Part shown: one piece after another, positions 37,213-47,289 of the stretch
Numbering within the stretch: the first letter of the stretch is position 1
How the letters are laid out: every line of letters begins with the position of its first letter
Assembly (NCBI RefSeq): GCF_051549785.1
Contig: NZ_CP189974.1
Location: forward strand, 34,093 to 98,092
Direction of reading: 5' to 3'
Source: Candidatus Caldatribacterium sp. SIUC1
GTDB taxonomy: Bacteria > Atribacterota > Atribacteria > Atribacterales > Caldatribacteriaceae
Length of the DNA stretch: 64,000 nucleotides
Notes under the pieces: generated by a model
Databases searched by the model: none
The model's input: the letters and a program-made list of their open reading frames with translations, nothing else
What the model was told of the DNA's origin: nothing
Translations under genes and position numbers: made by a program

Positions 37213-38703
37213 ATGCCGGAAACCATTCCCGAACGTCTGGAAAAAATGAGCAGGGACTACCGGGGGAAAGTCGCCATTTCCTTTCGGGGGACGCGGATAC
37301 TGTACCGGGACCTCCCCGGAATCATCGCCCAGGAAGTAGCGGCTATGCAACAGGCCGGAATACGGCCCGGGACAAGGGTAGTCACGGCCATCGGGAACAG
37401 CTGGTATGCCCTCCGATTCTACCTTGCCGCGCTCACTCTCGGCGTCATTCCCATTCCTCTTTCCCCCCGTACCCCGGAGGACATGCAAGTGAACATCCTC
37501 CGTGCCGCCTCGGCGCAGTTCCTCCTCCGTGAAGCCCCCCTCAAAGACCAGGACGTCCCCTGCGCTATCCTGAGGGAGAACGGGGAAATTTCCTACCCCT
37601 CGACCCTCCTCCCCTCTTCCATACCCCTTCCAGAGCTCGAAAGCCCTGTAGCGGCCCTCTTCTGCACTTCGGGAACTACAGGAATGCCGAAACTCGTCAT
37701 GCTCACCCACCGGAACATCCTCTCCGACATCGACAGTTGCTTCGACCTCGTCGATATCTCCCCCGAAGACCGGATGCTCGGGGTTTTGCCCATGTTCCAC
37801 GTCTTTGGGTTCTCCATCGCCTACCTCCTCCCGCTCATGAAGGGCATGACGCTCACCATTGTCCCCTCCCTGTATCCCCTTGAAGAGTTTGTCACCGCCT
37901 TGCGGGAGGACCAGTCCACCGTTTTCCTCGGTGTTCCAGCAATCTTCTCCATTCTCACCGGTGCCCGGAGAAAGACCTCCTTTGACCTCCATCCCCTGCG
38001 ACTTCTCATCTGCGGGGGCGATGCGCTGCCCTCAAGGGTGCGGGAGGCCTTTGAGGAGGCCTTTGGACTCTGCATCATTGAAGGATACGGCATCACCGAA
38101 GCCTCTCCGGTGGTGGCCGTGAATCCCTCTCCTGAGGCGCGCGTTCCCGGTTCTGCAGGACCAGTCATCAGTGCTATACGCCTGCGAATCGTCAACGACG
38201 CAGGAGAAGACCTGGGCACAAACGAGGTTGGAGAAATCCTCCTTGCCGGAGACCCCGTTTCTCCCGGGTACTTCGCCAACCCCAAAGAGAACGCTCAAGC
38301 CTTCCGGGAGGGGTGGTTCTGCACAGGGGACCTGGGGAGAATAGATGAGCAGGGAATCCTCTACATCGAGGGACGGAAAAAGGAAGTGATCATTGTCTCC
38401 GGTTTCAACGTGTATCCTCAGGAAGTTGAGGAAGTCCTCCTTGGCTTTCCCGGGGTGGCGCAGGCTGCAGTGGTAGGCGTCAAGAGAGAACTCCGGGGAG
38501 AGATGGTGAAAGCCTACATTGTGCCCCAAGAAGGAGCTTCTCTCACGCCCCGAGAGATTGTGGATTTTTGCCGGAAACACCTTCCCCCTCACAAGGTGCC
38601 ACGCCTTGTGGAAATCGTTCCTGGACTCCCCCAGACAGCCACCGGAAAGGTGATGAAATACCTCCTCACCCAGGCTGCTTCGGAGAAGGAGTACGAGGTA
38701 TGA
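37213..38703 (+). CDS. AMP-dependent synthetase/ligase (long-chain-fatty-acid--CoA ligase-like)
   Basis: 496 aa. AMP-binding motif LFCTSGTTGMPK. C-terminal ..TATGKVMKYLL. RBS AAAGGAG. Confidence 0.88.
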   Translation: MPETIPERLEKMSRDYRGKVAISFRGTRILYRDLPGIIAQEVAAMQQAGIRPGTRVVTAIGNSWYALRFYLAALTLGVIPIPLSPRTPEDMQVNILRAASAQFLLREAPLKDQDVPCAILRENGEISYPSTLLPSSIPLPELESPVAALFCTSGTTGMPKLVMLTHRNILSDIDSCFDLVDISPEDRMLGVLPMFHVFGFSIAYLLPLMKGMTLTIVPSLYPLEEFVTALREDQSTVFLGVPAIFSILTGARRKTSFDLHPLRLLICGGDALPSRVREAFEEAFGLCIIEGYGITEASPVVAVNPSPEARVPGSAGPVISAIRLRIVNDAGEDLGTNEVGEILLAGDPVSPGYFANPKENAQAFREGWFCTGDLGRIDEQGILYIEGRKKEVIIVSGFNVYPQEVEEVLLGFPGVAQAAVVGVKRELRGEMVKAYIVPQEGASLTPREIVDFCRKHLPPHKVPRLVEIVPGLPQTATGKVMKYLLTQAASEKEYEV

Positions 38704-39386
38704 AGCTTTTTGCGCTTTTTGGAGCTTTGTGTTTGCTCTGTACTTCCCAGGTTCTCGCTCTCTCTCCCGGAGAAGACCTCATCAACCGCTCCATTGAAGT
38801 CCTCTACGAGCTTTCCCGTTCCCTTGATCGCCGGATTCTCCTGCCTCTTTTTGAGAACGCCCAGAGCATCGCGATTTTCCCCGAAGTGAAACGAGTCGGA
38901 CTCTTTGTGGGCATCGCTCAGGGCGAAGGGGTGGTCTTTGCGCGGGGCAAGGACCGAAAAACCTTTTTTGGACCAGCGTTCTACACCCTTCAGGGGGTCA
39001 ACCTCGGGGTCCAGGTGGGCATCCAGTCCCAGGATATCATCCTCTTCATCATGCGACGGGTAGCCTTAGAGACCCTATCTCGGGGGTACGCAGTCCTTGG
39101 AGGGAATCTCTCCGTCACCCTGGGACCAGCGGGACGGGGAGTTTCCGTTGCCCTGGACTCTGAACTCTCCTCACCCTGCTACGCCTACGCCCTCTCCCGG
39201 GGGGTGTTCCTTGGAGTTACCCTTGAGGGAACAAAGCTCACCGAAAACGTAAAGCTCAATGAGAAGTTCTGGGGGCGAAAGGTTGAGGCGGCAACCATTC
39301 TCTCACAGTTTCTGCCCCCTGACTTTGCCTCACGGAACCTGGAACGGTTCCTGAGAGACCTCGCCAAAGGAGGTGAAAAACCCTGA
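38700..39386 (+). CDS. SYLF (Ysc84/DUF500) lipid-binding domain protein, secreted
   Basis: 228 aa. Signal peptide MKLFALFGALCLLCTSQVLA. SYLF core ..ESAQSIAIFPEVKRVGLFVGIAQGEGVVFAR.. ATGA overlap with the upstream ligase. Confidence 0.7.
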   Translation: MKLFALFGALCLLCTSQVLALSPGEDLINRSIEVLYELSRSLDRRILLPLFENAQSIAIFPEVKRVGLFVGIAQGEGVVFARGKDRKTFFGPAFYTLQGVNLGVQVGIQSQDIILFIMRRVALETLSRGYAVLGGNLSVTLGPAGRGVSVALDSELSSPCYAYALSRGVFLGVTLEGTKLTENVKLNEKFWGRKVEAATILSQFLPPDFASRNLERFLRDLAKGGEKP

Positions 39387-39394
39387 TCCGCATC

Positions 39395-39610
39395 TTGTGG
39401 TCGCTCATTGTTTTGGTGTTCCTTGTGGCGCTCTTTGCCATCCTCTTCCACACCCTTCCTCTCTTCTTCCCCTTTTTCCTGGGAAGCCTGGCGTTTCTTT
39501 TCGTTTTCCTCCTCGGCGTATTCCTCTTTGGCTGGGCGCTGCTTGTAGTGTTCCCTTTTGTCCTTGCTGGACTCACACTCTGGGCAATTCTCTGGGCGTT
39601 CGTCTTCTGA
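39395..39610 (+). CDS. small hydrophobic membrane protein (71 aa, 2 TM)
   Basis: Extremely hydrophobic, F/L-rich ORF. Its stop lies 1 nt before the next gene's ATG. Confidence 0.45.
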   Translation: MWSLIVLVFLVALFAILFHTLPLFFPFFLGSLAFLFVFLLGVFLFGWALLVVFPFVLAGLTLWAILWAFVF

Positions 39611-39611
39611 A

Positions 39612-40496
39612 ATGCGCACTCTGGGGTACTTCTGCCGCTACGTCCCCCAGGAGCTCCTTGAAGCCTGTGGCTTCACAGCCGTATTCTTCAAACCGGATTT
39701 CTCAAGCCCTCAGTTCTCCTCCCTTCCCGTTCCCTTCTGTGCGCTCTGCAAGACCTTCATCAGCTGGGCCCTGAACCACAGGGAATTCTCGGGGTTTGTT
39801 GTTCCCCTGGCATGCGATGCCTCCCGGAGGACTTACGAAATCCTCAGGGCGCTCTCTATTCCGGCTCTCCCCCTTGACGTTCCCGCTCTGGCCGGGGAAA
39901 CGGCCGTAGAGCGGCTGACCAAAAACCTGAACGAGCTTGCCCGGGAGCTTCTGGCGCAAAGTGGCCGCTCCTTTCTGGAATTCACCACATCCTTAAAGCA
40001 AGCCTTAGAGGAAACGCTCAGGCAAAGGGAAAGGTTCTCTCGGGAATGGGAAGAGCGCCGGAGGGCGTCGGACCGTATTCCTCTTCTGCTTTCGGGCTCG
40101 CATTTCGCCCACGCGCTTTTGCCCCTTCTTGAGGAGAAAGGGTTCCTGGTTTTTCCGGATCTCCCCGAAAACCGGTTTCTTCTCGGCGAAGAACCTCTGT
40201 CTCTCACCGCATCTCCCCTTGAGGACCTGGCACGCTTTATCCTCCACCGCCTTCCCTGTCCGCGGCTTTCCGGCCCTGCACGAAGAATAGCGCTCAAAAG
40301 GCTCCGTGGTACTCTTGGCCTGCGTGGAATGGTAATAGTCTTCTCCAAGTTCTGCGACTTTCAGCTTTACGATATCGGGCTTCTTGGGCGAAGCTTTGGT
40401 CTTCCCGTGCTCTGTCTTGAACACGACACCACCCCGTCTTTTCCTCAGTGGGAAACGCGACTTGATGCCTTCCGGGAGATGATTCTCCATGGATGA
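39612..40496 (+). CDS. 2-hydroxyacyl-CoA dehydratase family protein (HgdB/BcrB/BadD-like subunit)
   Basis: N-terminal signature MRTLGYFCRYVPQELLEACGF (compare the GYFCsYvPeEii.AaG family start). Conserved Cys residues. About 294 aa. Confidence 0.65.
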   Translation: MRTLGYFCRYVPQELLEACGFTAVFFKPDFSSPQFSSLPVPFCALCKTFISWALNHREFSGFVVPLACDASRRTYEILRALSIPALPLDVPALAGETAVERLTKNLNELARELLAQSGRSFLEFTTSLKQALEETLRQRERFSREWEERRRASDRIPLLLSGSHFAHALLPLLEEKGFLVFPDLPENRFLLGEEPLSLTASPLEDLARFILHRLPCPRLSGPARRIALKRLRGTLGLRGMVIVFSKFCDFQLYDIGLLGRSFGLPVLCLEHDTTPSFPQWETRLDAFREMILHG

Positions 40497-41733
40497 CATT
40501 CCCCCAGTGCTTCTTCGGATTCTCCGCTTCCTTTTTGAACGGAGAACGCTTTTCCAGCTCCTTAGGCCGTACGAGTGGTGGCTTCGCCGGAAATACCCCA
40601 ATCCAGCGCTCCCACAATTCTCCTACCAGGTGACTATCCACACCATCCGTAACCTTTACGGAAGGCGAGGGAAAATCGCCTGGGCCAGCCTCTTCTTCCC
40701 TTCGGAATTCCTCCACGCCGCCCACCTCATCCCCTTTTACCCTGAAATCGCCACCGGACTCGTCGCCGCCCTGCGTTTTGCCCAGCTTCCTCTTGCTGCA
40801 GCCGAGAAGGCCTGGTTTTCCCAGGACCTCTGTAGCTACCACCGGGGAGGTATCGGCATGAGCCTGCTCCGGCTCTTTCCCCGACCGGACTTTCTCTTTG
40901 CCACTTCAAGCATCTGCCACGGGACGGTAGGATTCTTTGAGGTCCTACGGGAAATCTGGAACGTTCCCCTCTTTCTCGTAGATGTCCCGAAGCAGTGGAC
41001 CCGGGACGCGGAGAGGTACGTCGCCGAACAGCTCACCAATATCGCCAGGCGTTTAGAAAGGGAGTGGCATGTCCGCTTTGTGTGGGACAAACCTTTCTTG
41101 CTCTCTAACAGAACCCGGGAGATTCTCCTTGAAGTAGAGGCACTGCGCCAGAGGAAAGACCGGATGCTCCTTCCCCCAACCAAAAACCTCGACTACCTCC
41201 CGTACTACTACGAATTCCTGGGTGAGGAGACATCACGCTGCTTTGCCGAACGCCTGAAGGAAGAACTCGCAAAACCCTCCAAAACCCTGCCACATCGTCT
41301 CATCTGGCTTCACCTCAAGCCCTTCTACTCAGGCGAACTTCCGGCCCTCCTTGAAAAGCTCGGCCTCGGGGTGGTGTACGAGGAGTTCACAACACCCTTC
41401 CCCGAGGAACTCTCTCCCTCTTCGCCCCTGAAGTCCCTGGCGCGGAAGATTCTCTGGGCCAGCGAAATCCTGGCCACTTCCCGGGGGCGCATATCGGGAA
41501 TTCTCGAGGCGCTGAAGAGGTACGACGCAGAGGGCGTCATTCAGTGCACCCAGTGGGGGTGTCGCCAGAGCCAGGGAATGGTCATGCTTCTTCGGGAAAA
41601 ACTCCTTGAGGCAGGGTATCCGGTGCTCTTTCTTGATGGTGACCACCTCGACCGGCGACACAGCGCCCCGGAGCAACTCCGTACACGTCTTGAGGCTTTC
41701 CTTGAGGTGCTTGAAGGAAGGGGGAGCTTCTAA
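40489..41733 (+). CDS. 2-hydroxyacyl-CoA dehydratase family protein (HgdA/HgdB-like second subunit)
   Basis: 414 aa. ..IAWASLFFPSEFLHAAHLIPFYPE.. family motif. 8-nt overlap with the upstream paralogue. Confidence 0.65.
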   Translation: MDDIPPVLLRILRFLFERRTLFQLLRPYEWWLRRKYPNPALPQFSYQVTIHTIRNLYGRRGKIAWASLFFPSEFLHAAHLIPFYPEIATGLVAALRFAQLPLAAAEKAWFSQDLCSYHRGGIGMSLLRLFPRPDFLFATSSICHGTVGFFEVLREIWNVPLFLVDVPKQWTRDAERYVAEQLTNIARRLEREWHVRFVWDKPFLLSNRTREILLEVEALRQRKDRMLLPPTKNLDYLPYYYEFLGEETSRCFAERLKEELAKPSKTLPHRLIWLHLKPFYSGELPALLEKLGLGVVYEEFTTPFPEELSPSSPLKSLARKILWASEILATSRGRISGILEALKRYDAEGVIQCTQWGCRQSQGMVMLLREKLLEAGYPVLFLDGDHLDRRHSAPEQLRTRLEAFLEVLEGRGSF

Positions 41734-42786
41734 TCCTCAAAAGTGAACCTCTTTTCCTGGAAAATCCGAAGACAGGCATCAAACGCAGCCTCGTCGTAGA
41801 ACACGCCCCGCCCAGGAGCAATCTCCCGCAGGGTCTCCTGCAGCTCCAGTGCAGAGCGGTAAGGGCGGTAGTATGTCATGGCTTCCACCACATCGGCCAC
41901 GGCAAGAGTACGGGCTTCAACGAGGATTCCCCCGAAGGCCATGAGGGTATCCGGAGCCGTTCATCCGCTCGTGGTGCTCAAGAATGGCCTTCGCTTAGGG
42001 AGCCAGAAGCTCAACCGAGGAAACGATGTCGTAACCCTTTTTAGGATGCTCCTCCACAATAGCCCGCTCAAGAGGCGCAAGCTTCGCCGGTTTGTTCGGA
42101 ATTTCCCCGGGAATGGCAATCTTGCCAATGTCATGAAGGAGACCAGCGATGGAAACTTCACGGATTTTTTCCTCCGAAAACCCCATCTCCCGGGCAAGAA
42201 CCCTTGCAAGCCGTCCGATGGTCTCCTCAGCGCTTGCAAAACCCAGGATTCGCACCATTGCCGGGTTGGCATCGAGAATCGTCCCTTCCCGAGAGGTGTG
42301 GTAAAGACCCAGGGGAACATTGTCGAAAAGACGCTGGTACTGAACGTGAAGCTCCAATGAGAGCCGTTGTACAGCCAAGAGATTCTCCACCCTGGCCTTC
42401 AGCTCCGTCTGGTCAATGGGAGTGGTGATGCCCTCATCCACCACAACCCACAGAAAGTGCATCGCCAGACCAAGGTCTCCCCGGGAGGTGACGAGCATAG
42501 AGGGGAGAAAGAGCGGAGCCTCCTGCTCTCTGCGTTTTTGCATCACCGCCCTCAAGGACCGAAGCACTGGCCTATCCACGATGCCCAGGGAGAAATCCTC
42601 CTCAAGCAGAGCCCTCTCAAGAGAACCTGTGGGAGAAAAGGGAAGATGATTCCACGAGCAAGGGTGAGAGGAGGAAGCTGCTGTTCCTGGAGTCTTTAGG
42701 GAGTAATGCCTGACCAAGCATCCGTCGAACTTTAGACCCAGGGTCAGCTCATGGAACGATGGGGAACTGAAAGATGAAATATCCAC
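41730..42786 (-). pseudogene. disrupted response-regulator/PAS/HD-GYP gene (in-frame TAA plus frameshift in a G-run)
   Basis: ORF 41995..42786 encodes a REC C-terminal half, a PAS fragment and the HD motif (AGLLHDIGKIAIP). After a TAA at 41995-41997 the same frame continues AKAILEHHERMNGSGYPHGLRG (canonical HHExxDGSGYP). The reading then shifts frame at CTTCGGGGGAATC (about 41925-41937) into ..ILVEARTLAVADVVEAMTYYRPYR (ORF 41730..41942). Confidence 0.55.
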
Positions 42787-42925
42787 GTGATCCTTGGTAC
42801 GAGCTTTAGCCTAAAGATACGCGGTCAACAACTTTCCTAAGCCGGGGCTATGACGAGGCCAAGGTCTCTGATCATTTCCAAATCCAAGGAGGATTCTCGA
42901 CCTTGGGTGGTGAGGTAGTTGCCGG

Positions 42926-43720
42926 TCATGAGGGAATCGGCACCCGCCAGAAGACCCAGGGGCAGGAGTTGTCGCAGGGTTTTTCTTTCCCGCCACAGAG
43001 CCTAATGTTCTTGTCGGGAAGGATAAAACGAAAGACCGCCACGCTCTTCAGGGCTTCCCAGGGTTCCATAAGGGGTCGATGCTCCAGAGGGGTACCTGGA
43101 ATGGGGTTGAGAACGTTCAGGGGAACAGCATCAACATCCAGCTCGCGAAGGAGCAAGGCCAGTTCCACCCTTTGGGCCGGGGTTTCCCCCATGCCCAGGA
43201 TACCTCCACAACAAACCTTCAACCCTGCTTCCTTAGCTACCTCAACGGTAGCTATGTCCTCGGCAACGTCGTGGGTGGTACAGATTTGGCGAAAGAAACT
43301 CGGCGCTGTTTCCAAGTTGTGATGGTACATACAAAGCCCGGCTTCCTTTAACTCTCTGGCCTGTTCCGGTGTGAGGAAGCCAAGGGAAGCGTCAGGCCAG
43401 ATTTTTCCTTCCGTAGCGATAACCTCAACTGCCCGAAGGATTTCCCGCCACTCTTCTAGAAGGCTTATTCTGGCGCCACTAGTGACGATCCCGAAGCGGT
43501 GGACCCCACTGGCTGCGGCACTGCGGGCGCGCCTTATCAGTTCTTCAGCAGGAAGAAGAGGGTAGACGTCCACTGCCGTGCGGTGGTAGGCGGACTGAGC
43601 ACAGAAGGCGCAATTTTCTGTGCAACGCCCAGACTTGGCGTTGACAATGGAGCAGAGCCCAACAGCAGCTCCCTTGTAGACCAGGCGTATCCGGTGGGTC
43701 GCTGCAAGCAGGTCCATCAT
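42926..43720 (-). CDS. bioB: biotin synthase
   Basis: 264 aa. Radical SAM CxxxCxxC (CTENCAFCAQ). BioB-type ..VCCGGILGMGE.. motif. Confidence 0.9.
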   Translation of the reverse strand: MMDLLAATHRIRLVYKGAAVGLCSIVNAKSGRCTENCAFCAQSAYHRTAVDVYPLLPAEELIRRARSAAASGVHRFGIVTSGARISLLEEWREILRAVEVIATEGKIWPDASLGFLTPEQARELKEAGLCMYHHNLETAPSFFRQICTTHDVAEDIATVEVAKEAGLKVCCGGILGMGETPAQRVELALLLRELDVDAVPLNVLNPIPGTPLEHRPLMEPWEALKSVAVFRFILPDKNIRLCGGKEKPCDNSCPWVFWRVPIPS

Positions 43721-43732
43721 AGCCTCTTGTGG

Positions 43733-43778
43733 CAGGTTATAACCATAAGTTTAAACAAGGTTAACGTATTTCTCAACT
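43733..43778 (-). promoter_or_regulatory. candidate bioB promoter with overlapping palindromes (possible BirA operator)
   Basis: Minus strand TTGAGA-N17-TAAACT. The palindromes GTTAACC, GTTTAAAC and GGTTATAACC (43735-43744) overlap the spacer, the -10 and the +1 region. Confidence 0.3.
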
Positions 43779-43991
43779 CTATCCCTCAAAACCCTAGCGG
43801 GGTCAGAAAGTGCAGGATTCATAGAGAGCGATGAAGCTCAGACAATAGACGTATAGGTATTTGAACAGAACGAATGCCGGATTGCAAGGTACGCAGGAAC
43901 AAACCACAAACCAAAATCGCAACAAATCCTGACCAAGTCCAGGGGCTAAAACCACTCGGATAGAGCTGATACAGGTCCTACTTTCCTGAAC

Positions 43992-44020
43992 TTGCAAAGC
44001 GTGCCGCAGTTCGCTAACAT
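43992..44020 (+). promoter_or_regulatory. candidate sigma70 promoter for icd
   Basis: TTGCAA (43992-43997), 17-nt spacer, TAACAT (44015-44020). RBS GGAGGT before the ATG at 44053. Confidence 0.4.
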
Positions 44021-44052
44021 TCCCTTACAAAGGAGACAAAGGAGGTTGCGCC

Positions 44053-45144
44053 ATGTACCGGGTGACGCTGATACCGGGAGACGGAACCGGACCGGAAATC
44101 ATCGAAGTTGCGACAAGGGTCATTGAAGCCACCGGGGTACCCATTGAATGGGACATCCAGGAAGCCGGTGCAGAGGTCATCGAAAAGTACGGTACTCCCC
44201 TCCCGCCACAGGTTCTTGAGTCCATCAGGCGAAACGGTGTCGCCCTGAAGGGTCCCATCACCACACCTGTGGGGACAGGGTTCCGGAGTGTGAACGTCGC
44301 GCTCCGGAAAGAGCTCGACCTCTACGCCTGCGTCCGGCCCTGTAAAGTGTACCCGGGCGTCCGTTCCCGCTACGAGAACGTTGATCTTGTGGTCATCCGG
44401 GAGAACACCGAGGACCTCTACGCCGGAATTGAGTTCGAGCGGGGCAAACCCGAGACTCTGGAATTCATCGCCACCGTGGAGCGCCTGGGGAAGGGGAAAA
44501 TCCGTCCGGATTCTGGCATCAGTGTGAAACCTATCTCGGTCTTCGGTGCTGAGCGCATCGTGCGATTCGCCTTCGAGTACGCCCGAAAGCACAGGCGGAG
44601 AAAGGTCACCGCAGTCCACAAGGCCAATATCATGAAGTACTCCGACGGGCTTTTCCTCGAAGTCGCCCGGGAAGTGGCCAAGAATTACCCCGATATCGAA
44701 TTCGAAGACCGCATCGTCGATAACATGTGCATGCAGCTTGTCCAAAAGCCCGAACTCTACGACGTCCTTGTGCTCCCGAACCTCTACGGAGACATCGTCT
44801 CCGACCTTGCCGCCGGACTCGTCGGAGGACTGGGAGTGGCCCCGGGAGGGAACATCGGGGACCACTATGCGGTTTTCGAACCGACCCACGGGAGCGCACC
44901 GAAGTACAAGGGGCTCCACAGGGTGAATCCCATCGCCACCATCCTCTCGGGGGTCATGATGCTCCGCCACCTCGGAGAGGAAGAAAGAGCGGATCTCCTC
45001 GAGCGTGCCGTGGCCGCCGTCATCCGGGAGGGGAAAAAGGTCACCTACGACCTGAAGCCTGACCCCAGCGACCCAGAAGCGGCGAAAACCTTTGAGGTGG
45101 GTGACGCCATCATCGAAAAGATGGAGGAGCTGAAAAGAGGATGA
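44053..45144 (+). CDS. icd: isocitrate/isopropylmalate dehydrogenase family enzyme, most likely NAD(P)-dependent isocitrate dehydrogenase
   Basis: 363 aa. N-terminus [19 protein letters not shown]. ..[27 protein letters not shown].. metal/substrate motif. Confidence 0.85.
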   Translation: MYRVTLIPGDGTGPEIIEVATRVIEATGVPIEWDIQEAGAEVIEKYGTPLPPQVLESIRRNGVALKGPITTPVGTGFRSVNVALRKELDLYACVRPCKVYPGVRSRYENVDLVVIRENTEDLYAGIEFERGKPETLEFIATVERLGKGKIRPDSGISVKPISVFGAERIVRFAFEYARKHRRRKVTAVHKANIMKYSDGLFLEVAREVAKNYPDIEFEDRIVDNMCMQLVQKPELYDVLVLPNLYGDIVSDLAAGLVGGLGVAPGGNIGDHYAVFEPTHGSAPKYKGLHRVNPIATILSGVMMLRHLGEEERADLLERAVAAVIREGKKVTYDLKPDPSDPEAAKTFEVGDAIIEKMEELKRG

Positions 45145-46547
45145 GGGTACTCCTCGTCCAGCCCCCATCTCCGGGAATTTACGATCTCATCGGCCTGAAA
45201 CTCCCACCCCTTGGTCTGGCGTACCTTGCGGCGTCATGCCGTACCCACCACGAGGTTGCCATTGTGGACCTCCAGGTTGAGGATGCAAAGCGCTTTGAGG
45301 AAGAACTCAGGCGGTGCGACCTCGTGGGCATCACGGCGACCACAAGCACCTTTCCCGAAGCCCTCCGGATAGCCCGGAAAGCCAAAGGCGAAGGCCGATT
45401 GGTGGTCATGGGTGGATACCATGTCACCTTCAGGGATGAAGAGGCCTTAAGAAGTGGCGTGGTGGACTACGTTGTGCGGGGGGAGGGAGAGGAAATCTTT
45501 GTGGAACTCCTTGAAGCCCTGGAGCGGGGAATGTCCCCGGAGAACGTTCCGGGTATTTCCTTCCTGCGGGAGGGGACAGTCTTCCGCACGCCCACTTCTT
45601 TGCCACCCCAGGACCTCGATGTCTTGCCTTTCCCGGCCCGGGACCTCCTGCAACTCTCCAAGTACTGGATGACCCAGCTTGAGGGAGAACCCCTGGTGAA
45701 CGTCCTGACGAGTCGCGGATGCCCTTTTGCCTGCAAGTTCTGCGCCTCCTCCCACTTCTCGGGAAGGAAATGGCGGGCCCGCTCTCCGGAGAATATCCTC
45801 CGGGAGCTTGAAACCCTCTACTTCGACTGGGGATTCCGGGCCGTGGCCTTTGTGGACGATAACTTCACCCTGCAGCCTGAACGGGTGGAGCGCCTCTGTG
45901 AGGAGATCGAGCGACGACGTCTGAAACTCCGGTGGTGGTGCTTCTCCCGGGCGGACACCATCGTCCGCCATGAGTCCCTGGTGAAAAAGATGGCGAAAGC
46001 CGGACTTCGCATGGTGTACCTTGGTCTTGAGAGCGCCGAGCGGGCCATTCTCGAAGACTACGGGAAGCAGCTCACCCAGGAGGTAGCCAGGAAGGCCCTG
46101 GAAATCCTCCGCAAGTACGGAGTAAAAAGCTGGGGGTCGTTCATCCTTGGAAGCCTCCGGGAAACGAAGGCCACCATCCGGAAAACCGTTGAATTCGCCC
46201 GGAAAATCCGCCCCGATATCGTGCAGTTCTCCCTCCTCACGCCTTTTCCCGGAACGGCGCTTTTTGAGGAGCTCCAGAGGGAAAACCGCATTCTCCCCCT
46301 CAGCTGGTCGCTCTTTGACGGTGCCCACCCCGTGGTGAGGCTCGACACCTTAAAGCCCGGGGAGCTCCGTCGACTGCTCATCTCGGCGTACCTTGAGGTG
46401 TACCGGGGATGGCATGCCCTGCCACAGGCTGTGCAATTTTTGCGGAAACTCTGTACTGTGAAGATTCCTTTCCTTGCGCGTTTTAAGGAACAACGCTATC
46501 TGAAGGAGCGGATGAACCGTGAAAATCCTTCGCTTTCTGCATCCTGA
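45141..46547 (+). CDS. B12-binding domain-containing radical SAM protein
   Basis: 468 aa. N-terminal cobalamin-binding domain. Radical [15 protein letters not shown] overlap with icd. Confidence 0.85.
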   Translation: MRVLLVQPPSPGIYDLIGLKLPPLGLAYLAASCRTHHEVAIVDLQVEDAKRFEEELRRCDLVGITATTSTFPEALRIARKAKGEGRLVVMGGYHVTFRDEEALRSGVVDYVVRGEGEEIFVELLEALERGMSPENVPGISFLREGTVFRTPTSLPPQDLDVLPFPARDLLQLSKYWMTQLEGEPLVNVLTSRGCPFACKFCASSHFSGRKWRARSPENILRELETLYFDWGFRAVAFVDDNFTLQPERVERLCEEIERRRLKLRWWCFSRADTIVRHESLVKKMAKAGLRMVYLGLESAERAILEDYGKQLTQEVARKALEILRKYGVKSWGSFILGSLRETKATIRKTVEFARKIRPDIVQFSLLTPFPGTALFEELQRENRILPLSWSLFDGAHPVVRLDTLKPGELRRLLISAYLEVYRGWHALPQAVQFLRKLCTVKIPFLARFKEQRYLKERMNRENPSLSAS

Positions 46548-47283
46548 GCGACGCACGCCCTCCTGGGGAAGGCTCCTTGAAGGAGACGTGGTCGAGGAAA
46601 TCACCTCTCCCTTTGGAAAGGGAACAGGACGGGGAGCACGCTTCTTCCTTAGGGACCTCCGGATCCTCCCTCCCGTGCGACCGAGCAAAATCGTGGCCGT
46701 GGGCCTCAACTACAAAGACCACATCGCTGAGCTTGGCCAGAGCGTTCCTGAAAACCCTATCCTCTTTTTGAAGCCCCAAACAGCGGTCATCGGGCCGAAA
46801 GAACCGATTCTCCTTCCTCCCTGTTCCAGCCGGGTGGATTACGAAGCAGAACTTGCGGTGGTGATGAAACGACGAGCCTTCCGCCTGAAGAAAAGTGAGG
46901 TCCGGGACTACATCCTCGGCTACACCTGCTTCAACGACGTCACTGCTCGGGACCTCCAGACCAAAGACGGGCAATGGACACGCGCAAAATCCTTCGATAC
47001 TTTCGCTCCCCTTGGTCCCTGGATTGAAGATGAACTCGACCCGGAGGACTGCACGGTACGGTGTTTTGTGAACGGCACCCTGAAGCAGGAAGGCAACACC
47101 CGGATGCTCCTTTTTCCGGTGGAGGAGCTCATCGTGTTCATTTCGGAAATCATGACCCTTCTTCCCGGGGACGTCATCGCCACGGGAACCCCAAAGGGTG
47201 TTGGACCGCTTGCTCCCGGGGATGTTGTGGAAGTGGAGGTTGAGGGTATCGGCATCCTGCAGAATCCTGTAGCCGCAAGGTAG
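46519..47283 (+). CDS. fumarylacetoacetate hydrolase (FAH) family protein
   Basis: 254 aa. ..KIVAVGLNYKDH..YEAELAVVM..GDVIATGTPKGVG.. FAH fold. GTG start. Confidence 0.85.
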   Translation: MKILRFLHPERRTPSWGRLLEGDVVEEITSPFGKGTGRGARFFLRDLRILPPVRPSKIVAVGLNYKDHIAELGQSVPENPILFLKPQTAVIGPKEPILLPPCSSRVDYEAELAVVMKRRAFRLKKSEVRDYILGYTCFNDVTARDLQTKDGQWTRAKSFDTFAPLGPWIEDELDPEDCTVRCFVNGTLKQEGNTRMLLFPVEELIVFISEIMTLLPGDVIATGTPKGVGPLAPGDVVEVEVEGIGILQNPVAAR

Positions 47284-47289
47284 GGCACA

